Shown piece by piece: positions 48,649 through 58,691 of a stretch of 64,000 nucleotides of DNA; the first letter of the stretch is position 1, and each line of letters opens with the position of its first letter. Under the pieces are notes generated by a model. That model made no database searches. It was not told where the DNA came from and worked only from the letters and a program-made list of their open reading frames with translations. The translations under genes and the position numbers were made by a program. Origin of the DNA: an uncultured Solirubrobacterales bacterium (GTDB taxonomy: Bacteria > Actinomycetota > Thermoleophilia > Solirubrobacterales > Solirubrobacteraceae); NCBI GenBank assembly GCA_963848745.1, contig CAWKEO010000010.1, positions 2,020 through 66,019 of the forward strand, read 5' to 3'.

Positions 48649-49707
48649 TCAGACCGGTGCGGCGTCCACGAGCGCCTCGAGCGCCCGGTCGATGTCCTGC
48701 GCCGAGTTGTAGAGATGGCAGCTCAGCCGGACCCGTCCGGCCCGGACCGAGGCCCGGATCCCCGCGGCCGCCAGCCGCGAGGCCGCCGAGGCACCGGCGG
48801 GCAGCGCGACGATGGCCGAATCGCTCGTGGCCAGGCCCAGCCCGGAGCGCAGGCGGTTGGCGAGCGCGACGTCGTGGGTGTGGATCCGGGGGATGCCGAT
48901 GCGCTCGAACCGCTCCAGGGCCGCTGCGGCCGCATGCCAGCTCAGCCAGGCCGGCGACACGTCGAAGCGGCGGGCGTCGTTGGCCAGCCGCAGCGGTGTT
49001 CCGTAGCAGCTGTCCCAGGGCGACCCGCCGGCGTACCAGCCGGCAGCCAGCGGAACAAGCCGCTCGTGCAGCTCGGGCGCGATGGTCATGAAGGCGGTAC
49101 CGCGCGGGTGCCCGAGCCACTTGTAGCCGCCGGCCACCACGGCGGAGAAGCGACGCGTATCGAGCGGCAGCCAGCCGCTGGCCTGTGTGGCGTCGACCAG
49201 GCTGAGCACGCCGTGCGCGGCAGCGACGTCGGCGAGGGCGCCCAGGTCGACGAGCCGCCCGTCGGCAGATTGCACGGCCGAGACGGCGACGAGATCGGTC
49301 TCGCCGTCGATCGCGTCCACCAGTTCCTCGAGGGCGACGGTGCGGACCCGGCAGCCGGCGGCCAGGAATGGAAACAGCAGGCTGGTGAAGTCGCCCTCGG
49401 CGGCGAGCACGCGCGCGCCTCGGGGCAGCGATCCGGCGATCGTCCCGACCATCGGGGACACCTGGTGACCGATGGCCACCGCGCTGGGCTCGGCGCCGTG
49501 CAGGCGGGCGAACGCACCGCGGGCCCGCTCGACCGCCTCGTCGCAGCTGCGTGGGTCGTAGGTGCCCGTCGCCCATGCGGTCGTGGCGGCGGTGAGCGCG
49601 GCCAGCGCCGGAACGGGTGGGAGGCCGTAGGTGGCGGTGTCGAGGTAGCCCTCCGGGGGCTGCCAGGCATCGTCGAGCATGGCTTCAGCGTGCCGACCGG
49701 CGGTCAT
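48649..49707 (-). CDS. Class V PLP-dependent aminotransferase family enzyme
   Basis: YLDTATYG, VDATQASG, GGYKWL and VRLSCHLYNS. Confidence 0.9.
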   Translation of the reverse strand: MTAGRHAEAMLDDAWQPPEGYLDTATYGLPPVPALAALTAATTAWATGTYDPRSCDEAVERARGAFARLHGAEPSAVAIGHQVSPMVGTIAGSLPRGARVLAAEGDFTSLLFPFLAAGCRVRTVALEELVDAIDGETDLVAVSAVQSADGRLVDLGALADVAAAHGVLSLVDATQASGWLPLDTRRFSAVVAGGYKWLGHPRGTAFMTIAPELHERLVPLAAGWYAGGSPWDSCYGTPLRLANDARRFDVSPAWLSWHAAAAALERFERIGIPRIHTHDVALANRLRSGLGLATSDSAIVALPAGASAASRLAAAGIRASVRAGRVRLSCHLYNSAQDIDRALEALVDAAPV

Positions 49708-49839
49708 TAGCGCAAGCGAAACACTATGACGTGCAGGCCGGCGCGCGCTCGTCGAGCACGTCGTCCGGCGAGACCGTCGGCGTCGGGCGGCGGGCGAGCA
49801 GCGCTGAACGAGCCGCCTGCCCGCCCGCCCGCGCCAGGC

Positions 49840-50488
49840 TCAGCAGGACCAGGCTGAGCGACCCTGCCGGGCGTAGATCTCCGACGCGATCCGGTCCTGC
49901 TCGGCCGGGGAGGCATCCTGCGGCAGCCCGGTGCCGCCGTAGGCGCGCCAGGTGGAGGGCAGGATCTGGTAGGCGCCGCCCGCCCCGCTGGACGGGTTGA
50001 CGGCCGAGTAATTCCCCTGCGACTCGCAGCTCACGATGCTCGAGGGGATCGAGTACCCGCGCGAGGCGGTGGCGCTGCCGCCGCTCTCGCCCACCGGCGT
50101 GCTCGTGCTGGCGGGCACCGCGCGCAGGTGAAACAGCGCCGCCCACGTCTGTGGGCCGACCACGCCATCGACGGTCAGGTGATCGTGGCGCTGGAATGCC
50201 TGCACCGCGCGACGGGTGCGGGAGCCGAAGCGTCCGCTGTCGGGCAGATGCAGCGCCCGTTGGAGCTTGGCCACCGCCGAGCCGTCCATGCCCTGGGAGA
50301 TCAGCGAATCGGGCAGGCTGGCCGGAGGGCGGCGCCGGGACGTCGACGCGGCCGGCGGCGAGCGCCGGCGCGACGCCGGCGACCAGGCCGGCGCCGGCGG
50401 CGGCGCTCAGAACGGCGAGACCTGCGCCGACTCTGTGTCGGTGCACGTGCAGCGAACGCGGCAGGCGCCGCGAGGTACTCGTAGGCAT
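49840..50488 (-). CDS. Rpf-like lytic transglycosylase with peptidoglycan-binding domains, with a frameshift at ~50300-50360
   Basis: Signal peptide, PG-binding VAKLQRAL...AVQAFQ...VDGVVGPQTW, and catalytic IVSCESQGNY...AGGAYQILPSTW...EQDRIA...AWSC. Confidence 0.9.
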
Positions 50489-50504
50489 GGAGCCTCCTTC
50501 TTTC

Positions 50505-50658
50505 TCGTGCCGACGGGGTGAGCTGACGGGCGCGCGCGAGAAAGTGCACGGCGCCGCCTGAACCGGCGACGCTTAGCCCCATGGGCGGCCCGGGAGGGCC
50601 GCCCAGGTGGGTCCCCCGTTCCCGGCGTGCAGAAGCGCAGGTGCCGGAATTAGGCGGT
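50505..50658 (-). ncRNA. c-di-AMP (ydaO-yuaA) riboswitch
   Basis: Minus strand reads CGCCTAATTCC...GGGAACGGGGGACCCA...TGGGGCTAA...CCCGTCAGCTCACCCCGTCGGC, immediately 5' of the RBS of the Rpf-like gene. Confidence 0.92.
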
Positions 50659-50659
50659 G

Positions 50660-52871
50660 TTAGGAACCGTCGGCGACCGTAGCAGAGCTCAGCGACCGAA
50701 CACCCGTGGTTGCGTGAGCCCGCTCACTCCGGTCCGCCGCCGAACGCGAGCTGCGGGTCAGAGGCGCCGGCCAGGCCCGGTCTCCGAGAAGGGCCAGCGT
50801 GGCCGGTAGCAGCACGCCGCGGATGACGGTGGCGTCGATCAGGATCGCCGCCGCCAGGCCGACGCCCATCTGCTTGAACTCGACCAGCTGCAGGGTGCCG
50901 AACACCGCGAACACGGCCACCATCACGAGCGCGGCGCTCGTGACCACGCCGGCGGTGCGTCCGACGCCCTGGGCGACCGCGGAGCGCACGTCGGCGCCCC
51001 GGCCGAGCGCCTCGCGCACGCGGGTGAGCATGAACACGTGGTAGTCCATCGAGAGGCCGAACAGGACGACGAACAGGAACAGCGGCAGCCACGAGGTGAT
51101 CTCGCTGCGCCCGTGCACGCCGAGCAGGGAATCTCCGACACCGTGCTGGAAGACGAGCACGAGCAGGCCGTAGGCGGCGCCGACCGAGAGCAGGTTGAGC
51201 GCGATCGCCTGCAGCGGGATGAGCAGCGAGCGGAACGTGGCCAGGAGCAGCAGGAACGCCATCCCGAGCACGAACAGGAACACGATGGGCAGGTGGGCGT
51301 TCATGGTGGCGTCGAAATCGACCGTGCCGGCGGTCTCACCGGTCACGCCGGCGGACACGCCCGATCGGGCGGCGAAGGTGCGCACGGTCAACGCGCGCAG
51401 ACGGGCCAGTGCGGCGTCCGAGCGGCCATCCGTTCCCTGGCCGGCCAGCGGGATCGACACCGTCTCGGCACGATGGTCGGCGCTGATCGCGGTGCTCACC
51501 GGGTGCAGGAGGCCGGGCGTGCGGCCGGCCTGAGCGATCAGCGAGCGCACGGCCGCCTGCACCTGAGGGGCGCGGACGTCGGCCGCCTCGATCCCGACCA
51601 CGCCGGGGGCCGGGCCCCCGGGGAAGGCGGCGGTCAGCCGGGCGTACGTGCGCATGATCGGCATCTGTCGCGGCAGCGTGTTCGGTGCCCGGCAGCGTCG
51701 TCTGCATGCCGAGTACCGGGACCGTCAGGAGGAGCAGCGCGAGCGTGCTGAGCGCCGCGGCCCGGCCCGGGCGCCGCATGACCACGCGCAGGACGGCTGA
51801 CCACACGAGGCTGGTGCCGTCGCGGCGTCCGCGCAGGCGGTGCAGGAACGGGACGCGGCCGCGCTCGACCCGGTCACCGAGCACGCTGAGGACGGCCGGC
51901 AGCACGGTCAGCGAGCCGGCCACGGCGACGGTCACGACGATGATCGTGCCCACCGCGAACGAGGTGAAGACGCGCGAGCCGGCCAGGAACATGCCGGCCA
52001 TCGCGATGATGACGGTCAGGCCGCTGATCATCACCGCGTGCCCCGAGGTGGCGGCGGCCGCCCGCAGGGCGGCCTCGGCCCCGCGACCGGCGGCCCGCTC
52101 CTCGCGCTCGCGGCGCAGGTAGAACAGCGAGTAGTCGACGCCCACGGCCAGGCCGATCAGCAGGACGACCGAGCTGATGGCGCCATCCATGGGCAGAGCC
52201 TGCGAGACGAGAGCGACGAGGCCCTCGGTGGCCAGCACGGCGGTCAGGCCGAGCAGCACGGGCACGAGCGCGGCGACCAGCGAGCCGAACGCGACGACGA
52301 GGATGATGAGCGTGAGCGGCAGCGACAGCGTCTCGGCGCGGCTGAAGTCCTTGCCCAGCGCGCTGTTGATCGCCTTGTTGGCGCTGGCGTCGCCGAACTC
52401 CTCGATGCGCAGGCCGGGGTGGGCGCGGGCGGCGCCGGCGGTCACCGCGAGCAGACGGTCGATCTTCCCCGACTGGCCGAGCTCGAGCGTCACGAGCGCC
52501 GAGCGCCCGTCGCGCGAGATGCCGCCCTGCTGTCCGCCCAGTCCGGGCGCCCGGACCTGGAAGACGTGGGGCACGGCCCAGACGCGCCCCACCACGTCAC
52601 GTACCGCGGCTTGAATGGCCGGGCCGGTGGCCGATTGGCCGTGGCGACCCTGGATGAGGATGTCCTCGCTCGAGGACTGGGGGAAGTGTGAGCGCAGCAT
52701 GGCGTCGGTGCGACCCGACTGACCGCTGCCCTCGTGGGTGTCGGTGCGGACGCCGAGCGCGCCTCCGGCCACGGCGGTGATGACGACGAGCAGCAGCCAT
52801 CCGAGGATGGCGCGCCGGCGATGGCGGGCGCTCCAGGCGCCCGCGCGGGCGGCGATGTGCAACGGTGACAT
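50660..52871 (-). CDS. MMPL family (RND) transporter, with a frameshift at ~51672
   Basis: WSARHRRRAILGW, GLAVGVDYSLFYLRREREE and LTVLPAVL. The second half (FGLSMDYHVF, DATVIRGVLLP) lies in another frame. Confidence 0.92.
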
Positions 52872-53019
52872 GGTCACGGCTCCTCCGGATCGGGATCTCA
52901 CGATGCCCTCACGGTCTCAGCCGCGCGGACCGCCGACCAGCCGGGCCTCCGGTCAGCAGGGGTGGGGAAAACCCGAAGGTCGCGCCGGGGGGCGGCCGGA
53001 TCAGCCGCCGAGCCGGCGG

Positions 53020-53973
53020 TCAGGAATCGTCCGGGATGTCGCTCGCGTCGACGCCCTGGCGCTCCGCCCATTCGAGCAGCGGCTCGATCGAGAACGCCCG
53101 CTCGTCGATGCTCGCGTGGAGGTCGCCGAGGGCGGCAAATCGGGCCGGGACGGTGGCGATCGTCAACTCGTCGGGGTCGATGTCGTCGAGCTCTGACCAG
53201 GTGAATGGAGCCGATACGGTCGCAGCGGGGTTGCCGCGCACCGAATACGCGCTGGCGATCGTGTGGTCGCGGGCGTTCTGGTTGAAGTCGACGAACGCCT
53301 TGGTCGGATCGCGGTCCTTGCGCCACCAGGTCGTGGTGGCAGCGTCGCAGCGGCGCTCGATCTCGCGCGCGAAGGCGAGCGCGGCCGTGCGCACCTCGCC
53401 GAAGCTCCAGCGCGGCTCGATGCGCACGTACACGTGGATCCCGGAGCCGCCCGAGGTCTTGGGCCAGCCGGTGATCCCGAGCTCGTCGAGCACCTCGTGC
53501 ACGATGCGGGCGACGCGACGGACGGTGGCGAAGCCGCACTCGGGCATCGGGTCGATGTCGATCCGCCACTCGTCCGGGCGCTCGACGTCGGCCCGGCGCG
53601 AGTTCCAAGGGTGGAACTCGACCGTCGACATCTGCACCGCCCAGATGACGCTGGCCAGCTCGGTCACGCACAGCTCGTCGGCGTGGCGGCCATACCGGGG
53701 GAAGTGGACGCGCACCGTCTCCACCCATTCGGGCGCGCCGGAGGGCAGCCGCTTCTGGTGCACCTTCGGGCCGCTCGTTCCGTCGGGGAAGCGGTGCAGC
53801 ATGCACGGGCGCTCGCGCAGAGCGCGCACGATCCCCTCGCCCACGCTCAGGTAGTAGCGGGCGAGGTCGAGCTTGGTCTCCCCCCGCTGGGCGAAGTACA
53901 CCCGGTCGGGGCTGCTCAGCCGCACCGTGCGCTCCCCAACCTCGAGCTCGATCGCCGGCGTCTTGGTGGCCAT
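53020..53973 (-). CDS. Stand-alone AEP primase-polymerase (LigD-Pol / Prim-PolC type)
   Basis: LSSPDRVYF, TKLDLARYY, RFPDG, catalytic IDIDP, KTSGGSGIH, VDFNQN and ASAYSVR. Confidence 0.92.
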   Translation of the reverse strand: MATKTPAIELEVGERTVRLSSPDRVYFAQRGETKLDLARYYLSVGEGIVRALRERPCMLHRFPDGTSGPKVHQKRLPSGAPEWVETVRVHFPRYGRHADELCVTELASVIWAVQMSTVEFHPWNSRRADVERPDEWRIDIDPMPECGFATVRRVARIVHEVLDELGITGWPKTSGGSGIHVYVRIEPRWSFGEVRTAALAFAREIERRCDAATTTWWRKDRDPTKAFVDFNQNARDHTIASAYSVRGNPAATVSAPFTWSELDDIDPDELTIATVPARFAALGDLHASIDERAFSIEPLLEWAERQGVDASDIPDDS

Positions 53974-54054
53974 GGAGGTCATTGTTTCGTCCGCCGCAAC
54001 CCACGCAGGTTTGGGCGAGGCCGGTGGTGTGCCGATCGGAGCACCGTGGCACGG

Positions 54055-54240
54055 ATGCCGCTGGCTGAATCAACCCGCCGTGAGGTGTGGCTGCGCGATG
54101 AGGGCTGCTGCGTGGAGTGCGGCGGCCGTGAGCAGCTCGAGTTCAGCCATGCGGTCGGGGCCCAGCCCGGGCGGAGCACGGCGGCCCGTCTGCAGCTGCG
54201 CTGCGCGCCCTGCGGCGAGCACCTCGGCGTGCGGCTGTAG
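54055..54240 (+). CDS. Minimal degenerate HNH endonuclease-like Zn-finger protein (61 aa)
   Basis: RREVWLRDEGCCVECG...LEFSH...TAARLQLRCAPC follows the McrA-like HNH template. It is the C-terminal part of shadow ORF 53263-54240. Confidence 0.7.
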   Translation: MPLAESTRREVWLRDEGCCVECGGREQLEFSHAVGAQPGRSTAARLQLRCAPCGEHLGVRL

Positions 54241-54310
54241 CCAGGCTCGCTCAACGACGCGTCATCATTTGTGAGACCGGGGCGTCTGGTGGCGCCCGGT
54301 GCTCCCGCCC

Positions 54311-55993
54311 ATGCCCGTCGCCCCTGACCTCGCCGGCTCCGCCCTCGACGGCCGCTACGAGCTCCATCGCCTGATCGGCGAGGGCACGTTCGGCCGGGTA
54401 TACCGCGGCCTCGACCGGCGCTTGCGCCGCGAGGTGGCGATCAAGGTGATCAAGCCCTGGTGGGCCGAGGATCCGGCCTGGTCGGAGCGCTTCGGGCGCG
54501 AGGCCCAGCTGCTGGCCCGCCTCAGCCACCCGAACATCGTGCAGATCTACGACGTCGGCCAGTCCGAGGAGGGCCTGTGGTACGTGGCCGAGCTGGTCGA
54601 GGGCGAGAGCCTGGCCGCGCGCCTGCGCCACGGGCCGCTTGCTCCGGACGCCGCGGTCGACATCGCCGCCCAACTGTGCGCCGCTCTGCACCACATGCAC
54701 GGGGGCGAGCTCATCCACCGGGACATCAAGCCGGCCAACGTGCTTCTTGACGCCCGCGGCCGGGTCAAGCTCGGCGATTTCAGCCTCGCCCGGCTGGGCG
54801 GCGCCTCGAGCGACGGCGCGCCGACGCTCGCCGGCACTCCGCGCTACATGGCCCCCGAGCAGGCCCGCGGACGGCCGGCCACCGCGGCCACCGACCTGTA
54901 CAGCGTCGGCGTCGTCCTGTACGAGATGCTGGCCGGGAGCCCCCCGTTCAGCGGTGGGACGCCCGTCGAGCTCGCGCTGCGCCACCTGCAGGAGCCACCG
55001 GCGCCGCTGCCCGCCTCGGTGCCGGCCGGGCTGGCCGCCGTCGTCATGCGGGCGCTGGCCAAGGATCCGCGCGAGCGCTACGCCAGCGCCGCGGCAATGG
55101 CGAGCGCGCTGCGGGCCGCGCGCCGTGGCGCTCCCTCGGTTGCCCCCGGCGAGCCGCCCCAATTCGGCCCGGACGGCACCTATGTGGCGCCGGAGCTCGG
55201 CTCCCGTCACAACGTCAACCCGTCGGCCCGTCGGCGGGCGATCGCGCTCGTGGTCGCGGTGGTGGGCCTGGCCGCGCTCATGCTCGCCCTCGCGCTCGTG
55301 CTCGGAGGGGCCGACCGCGTGCCGGTCCCGGCGCTCCGCGGCCTGTCCCGGGCGGCGGCGCAGGTTCGCCTGAGCCGGGACCACCTGCGCGTGGCGTTCT
55401 CAAGCCGCTACGACGGGGCTCCCGCCGGAAGCGTGATCGCGCAGGTCCCGGTGGCCGGCCGGCGCGCCGATCAGGGCTCGGTCGTGCGCGTGACCCTGAG
55501 CGGAGGACCGCCGCCGGTGCGCCTGCCGCCGCTGCGTGAGCGCGGCGAGGCGGCGGCGAGCGCGGCGCTGCGGGGGCTGGGTCTCCGGGTCAACGTGAGC
55601 ACCGTGGCAGCCCCGGGCACGCCCGCGGGCACCGTGACGGCTCAGGTGCCGGCGGCCGGAGTCTCGGTGCCCGCTCACTCGAGCGTGACGCTCGACGTCG
55701 CCGAGGTGCCGCGGTGGCGCACGGTGACGAGCTTCACCGGCACCGACTCGGGCCCGTTCCGGATCCTCGGCGAGCGTTGGCGGATCGTCTACCGCATGTC
55801 CTACGTCGGCACGTGCACGTTCATCTTCTTCTGCGACGGTCCGACCGCGCACGTGAACGGCACCGGCTTCGGGCTCTCCGATGGCAGCGGGCGCACCCGT
55901 ACCTTCGCGTCGGGCCCGGGCACCTACGACATCACCGTCACCCCGGGAGCCGACACCGCCAGCTGGGCAATCCAGGTGCAGGACGACTACTGA
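54311..55993 (+). CDS. Membrane Ser/Thr protein kinase with two PASTA domains and an extra C-terminal beta domain
   Basis: IGEGTFGRVY, VAIK, HRDIKPAN, DFS (in place of DFG), GTPRYMAPE, a TM helix and PASTA repeats (VPALRGL, GSVIAQ.P, GTVTAQ.P). Confidence 0.92.
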   Translation: MPVAPDLAGSALDGRYELHRLIGEGTFGRVYRGLDRRLRREVAIKVIKPWWAEDPAWSERFGREAQLLARLSHPNIVQIYDVGQSEEGLWYVAELVEGESLAARLRHGPLAPDAAVDIAAQLCAALHHMHGGELIHRDIKPANVLLDARGRVKLGDFSLARLGGASSDGAPTLAGTPRYMAPEQARGRPATAATDLYSVGVVLYEMLAGSPPFSGGTPVELALRHLQEPPAPLPASVPAGLAAVVMRALAKDPRERYASAAAMASALRAARRGAPSVAPGEPPQFGPDGTYVAPELGSRHNVNPSARRRAIALVVAVVGLAALMLALALVLGGADRVPVPALRGLSRAAAQVRLSRDHLRVAFSSRYDGAPAGSVIAQVPVAGRRADQGSVVRVTLSGGPPPVRLPPLRERGEAAASAALRGLGLRVNVSTVAAPGTPAGTVTAQVPAAGVSVPAHSSVTLDVAEVPRWRTVTSFTGTDSGPFRILGERWRIVYRMSYVGTCTFIFFCDGPTAHVNGTGFGLSDGSGRTRTFASGPGTYDITVTPGADTASWAIQVQDDY

Positions 55994-56036
55994 TTGACAT
56001 CAGCGCTCTATCGCGGTAATACTATCGTGATATCAC
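55994..56036 (+). promoter_or_regulatory. Sigma70-like promoter and RHH-type operator for the SPFH operon
   Basis: TTGACA at 55994, AT-rich TAATACTAT 17 nt later, and palindrome GTGATATCAC at 56027-36. Confidence 0.6.
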
Positions 56037-56054
56037 CTCACGAGGAGGTCCGCG

Positions 56055-56993
56055 ATGTCCATCTCCGGATCGTCTGACCCCGCCGGCGAGCGCCCGCCGG
56101 AGTTCTCGCCCGTCCCGGCGCACGCACAACGCCACGCCGCGGCGACGCGGTGCTGGCCGGGAACTCCGGTCGTCCTCTTCCTCGGCGGGCTGGCCGCGCT
56201 GCTCGTCGCCGGCGGGCTCGGACACGCCGGTACGCCTCTGCGGACGGTCTGCGGACTCGCCGTGGTGGCGGTGCTCGTCATCGGGGCCGGCCTGATCGTC
56301 CTGCAGCCAAATGAAGCCAGGGTGCTCATCCTGTTCGGCCGCTACACCGGGACGGTCGACGTGCCCGGTTTGTGGCTGGTCAACCCGCTCACCGTGTTCG
56401 GGCGCCGGAAAGTCTCCCTGCGCATCCACAACTTCCAGGGCGACGGAATCAAGGTCAACGATGCCGCCGGCAACCCGATCGAGATCGCCGCGGTCATCGT
56501 GTGGCGGGTGCGCGACACCGCGCGCGCCGTCTTCGACGTGCAGGACTTCGAGCGCTTCGTGACCGTGCAGAGCGAGGTGGCGCTGCGCCATCTGGCCAAC
56601 CAGTTCCCCTACGACGACTACGACAGCGGGCGGATGTCGCTGCGGGGAAGCGCGGAGGAGATCCGGGGCCTGCTTCAGATCGAGCTCCAGGACCGGTTGG
56701 GGGCGGCCGGTGTCGAGGTGCTCGAGGCGCGACTCACCCACCTCGCTTACGCGCCCGAGATCGCCGAGGTGATGCTCCGCCGCCAGCAGGCCGAGGCCGT
56801 GGTGGCGGCACGGCGGACGATGGTCGACGGCGCGGTCGGCCTCGTGCACATGGCGCTGGCGCGGCTGGCCGACTCCGATCTCGTCGAGCTCGACCCCGAG
56901 CGCAAGGCGGCGATGGTGGCCAACCTGATGGTCGTGCTCTCGGGCGACCGCTCGCCCTCGCCCGTGATCAACACCGGCACGCTCTACAGCTGA
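56055..56993 (+). CDS. SPFH (band 7) domain membrane protein
   Basis: LQPNEARVLILFGRYTG, KVNDAAGNPIEI, LAYAPEIAEVMLRRQQA and NLMVVL...PVINTGTLY. Confidence 0.93.
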   Translation: MSISGSSDPAGERPPEFSPVPAHAQRHAAATRCWPGTPVVLFLGGLAALLVAGGLGHAGTPLRTVCGLAVVAVLVIGAGLIVLQPNEARVLILFGRYTGTVDVPGLWLVNPLTVFGRRKVSLRIHNFQGDGIKVNDAAGNPIEIAAVIVWRVRDTARAVFDVQDFERFVTVQSEVALRHLANQFPYDDYDSGRMSLRGSAEEIRGLLQIELQDRLGAAGVEVLEARLTHLAYAPEIAEVMLRRQQAEAVVAARRTMVDGAVGLVHMALARLADSDLVELDPERKAAMVANLMVVLSGDRSPSPVINTGTLYS

Positions 56994-56999
56994 TTGCCG

Positions 57000-57251
57000 A
57001 TGGCGGAGAGCAAGCGCTTCCTGCTCCGGCTCGACCCGCGCCTGTTCGAGGCCCTGCGCCGCTGGGCGGACGACGATCTGCGCAGCATCAACGCGCAGAT
57101 CGAGTACCTGCTGAGCGATCAGGCCCGCCGGGCCGGCCGCCTGCCCCACCGGCCGCACCCACCGCCGGTCGATGGAGACGGGGCCGGCGACGAGGACGCA
57201 GATCAGGCGCCGCCGGAAGCTGGCGCAAGCGTGGCATCAGAACGGTCTTGA
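57000..57251 (+). CDS. Arc/ribbon-helix-helix DNA-binding protein
   Basis: [33 protein letters not shown], the usual partner of this SPFH subfamily. Confidence 0.88.
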   Translation: MAESKRFLLRLDPRLFEALRRWADDDLRSINAQIEYLLSDQARRAGRLPHRPHPPPVDGDGAGDEDADQAPPEAGASVASERS

Positions 57252-57283
57252 CATGGTGCCATGATGATGCCACTATGGTGCCA
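57232..57283 (+). promoter_or_regulatory. Promoter with phased RHH operator boxes
   Basis: TTGACA(57248)-N17-CACTAT(57271). Boxes are TGGCATCA 57232, TGGTGCCA 57254, TGATGCCA 57265 and TGGTGCCA 57276 (11-bp phase). Confidence 0.75.
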
Positions 57284-57285
57284 TC

Positions 57286-57792
57286 ATGGATCTCGATCGT
57301 CATATCCCCGCGCTGCAGGAGCAGCTCGCGCTTGCCATCGACCCCGATGACGAGCGCGCCCGTGTGCTTGCCCAGCGCCTGACCGCCCCCCTCGGCGCCG
57401 CGGTCAAGCTGATGCTGCTCGAGGTGCTCTCGGAGGCGGCCGCCGAGATCACCCGCGAGCTCGCTCCGGGCTCGGTCGAGCTGCGTCTGCGCAGCGGCGA
57501 GCCCGAATTCGCCGTCGTGTTGCCCGCGGCGCTGAGCGCCCCCGAGGTCCTGGCCGAGCCCGGCCTGCCCCCGGCGCCCGAGCTGCCGGCCGGCGCGGAG
57601 GGTGCGGTGGCGCGCTTCAACCTCCGTCTGCCCGAGGAGCTGAAGACCCGCGTCGAGCAGGCCGCCGCCCGCGAGGGGCTGTCGGTCAACAGCTGGTTGG
57701 TGCGCGCCGCCGCCGCCGCCGCCGGCGGCGGGGCGGCCCGCCCATCTGAGCGCACCACCCGCGGTGCCAATCGCTACAGCGGCTGGGTCTGA
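57286..57792 (+). CDS. HicB-like C-terminal RHH regulatory protein
   Basis: LSEAAAEITRELAPGSVELRLR and ARFNLRLPEELKTRVEQAAAREGLSVNSWLVRA. Confidence 0.85.
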   Translation: MDLDRHIPALQEQLALAIDPDDERARVLAQRLTAPLGAAVKLMLLEVLSEAAAEITRELAPGSVELRLRSGEPEFAVVLPAALSAPEVLAEPGLPPAPELPAGAEGAVARFNLRLPEELKTRVEQAAAREGLSVNSWLVRAAAAAAGGGAARPSERTTRGANRYSGWV

Positions 57793-57818
57793 GACCCCGC
57801 CCGGACCGGAAGGAAACC

Positions 57819-58691
57819 ATGCCCGAGTTCACCACTCCACAGCCGATCGTGCTCGCCGTCGAGCTGCCGGTCGGCGAGTTGCGCGTTGCCGCCGGCGAGC
57901 GTGACACCACGACCGTCGAGGTGCGCCCCAACGATCCCGGCCACCGTCCCGACGTGACAGCGGCCGAGGAGACTCGTGTCGAGTTCACCGACACGCGCCT
58001 ACTCGTCAAGGCACCCAAGAGCCGGCGCGGCCTCGGCCCGCTCAGTCGAGGCGGCGCGGTCATCGTCGACGTCGCCCTGCCCGCCGGCTCGAGCCTCGTC
58101 GCTCATCTGGCCGCCGCCGGCGCCTACGCCAGCGGCCGTCTGGGCGACACCCGCGTCACGGTGGGGGCCGGCGACATCGACCTCGAGCACACCGGCGCGG
58201 CCGAGCTGGTCACCGGGGCCGGCGCTGTCCGAGTCGGCCGGGTCGACGGCGGGCTCACCGCCCGCACGGGGACCGGCCGGGTGAGCGCCGGCCGGATCGC
58301 CGGCGCCGCCACGATCAAGAACTCCAACGGTGCCACCGAGCTCGGCGCGGTGACCGGCGAGGTGCGGATCCGGTCGGCCAACGGCGACATCGTCGTCGAG
58401 CGGGCGGGCGGAACGGTCGATGCCAAAACGGCGAACGGCGACGTGCGCATCGCCGCCGCCGGCGGCGGCGCGGTGGCCCACACGGCCTGCGGAGCCATCG
58501 AGGTCGGGATTCCCGAGGGCGTGCGGGCCTGGCTCGAGGTCTCGACCCACTACGGCCGCGTGCGCAACGAGCTCGAGGGCGCGCCGCCGCCGGCCAGCGG
58601 CGAGACCACGGCCGAGGTGCGAGCCCAGACGGCATTCGGCGACATCACGATCCGCCGGGCCCCGGCCGTCACGGTCGAGGTTCCGGCATGA
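57819..58691 (+). CDS. DUF4097 family beta-strand repeat protein
   Basis: MPEFTTPQPI and repeated xTxxGDI/SANGDI/TANGDV units. RBS AAGGA. Confidence 0.88.
   Translation: MPEFTTPQPIVLAVELPVGELRVAAGERDTTTVEVRPNDPGHRPDVTAAEETRVEFTDTRLLVKAPKSRRGLGPLSRGGAVIVDVALPAGSSLVAHLAAAGAYASGRLGDTRVTVGAGDIDLEHTGAAELVTGAGAVRVGRVDGGLTARTGTGRVSAGRIAGAATIKNSNGATELGAVTGEVRIRSANGDIVVERAGGTVDAKTANGDVRIAAAGGGAVAHTACGAIEVGIPEGVRAWLEVSTHYGRVRNELEGAPPPASGETTAEVRAQTAFGDITIRRAPAVTVEVPA

Noticed and set aside
57286..57792. HicAB toxin-antitoxin module
   Set aside because: No HicA-like toxin is adjacent. Context and operator boxes fit an operon regulator.
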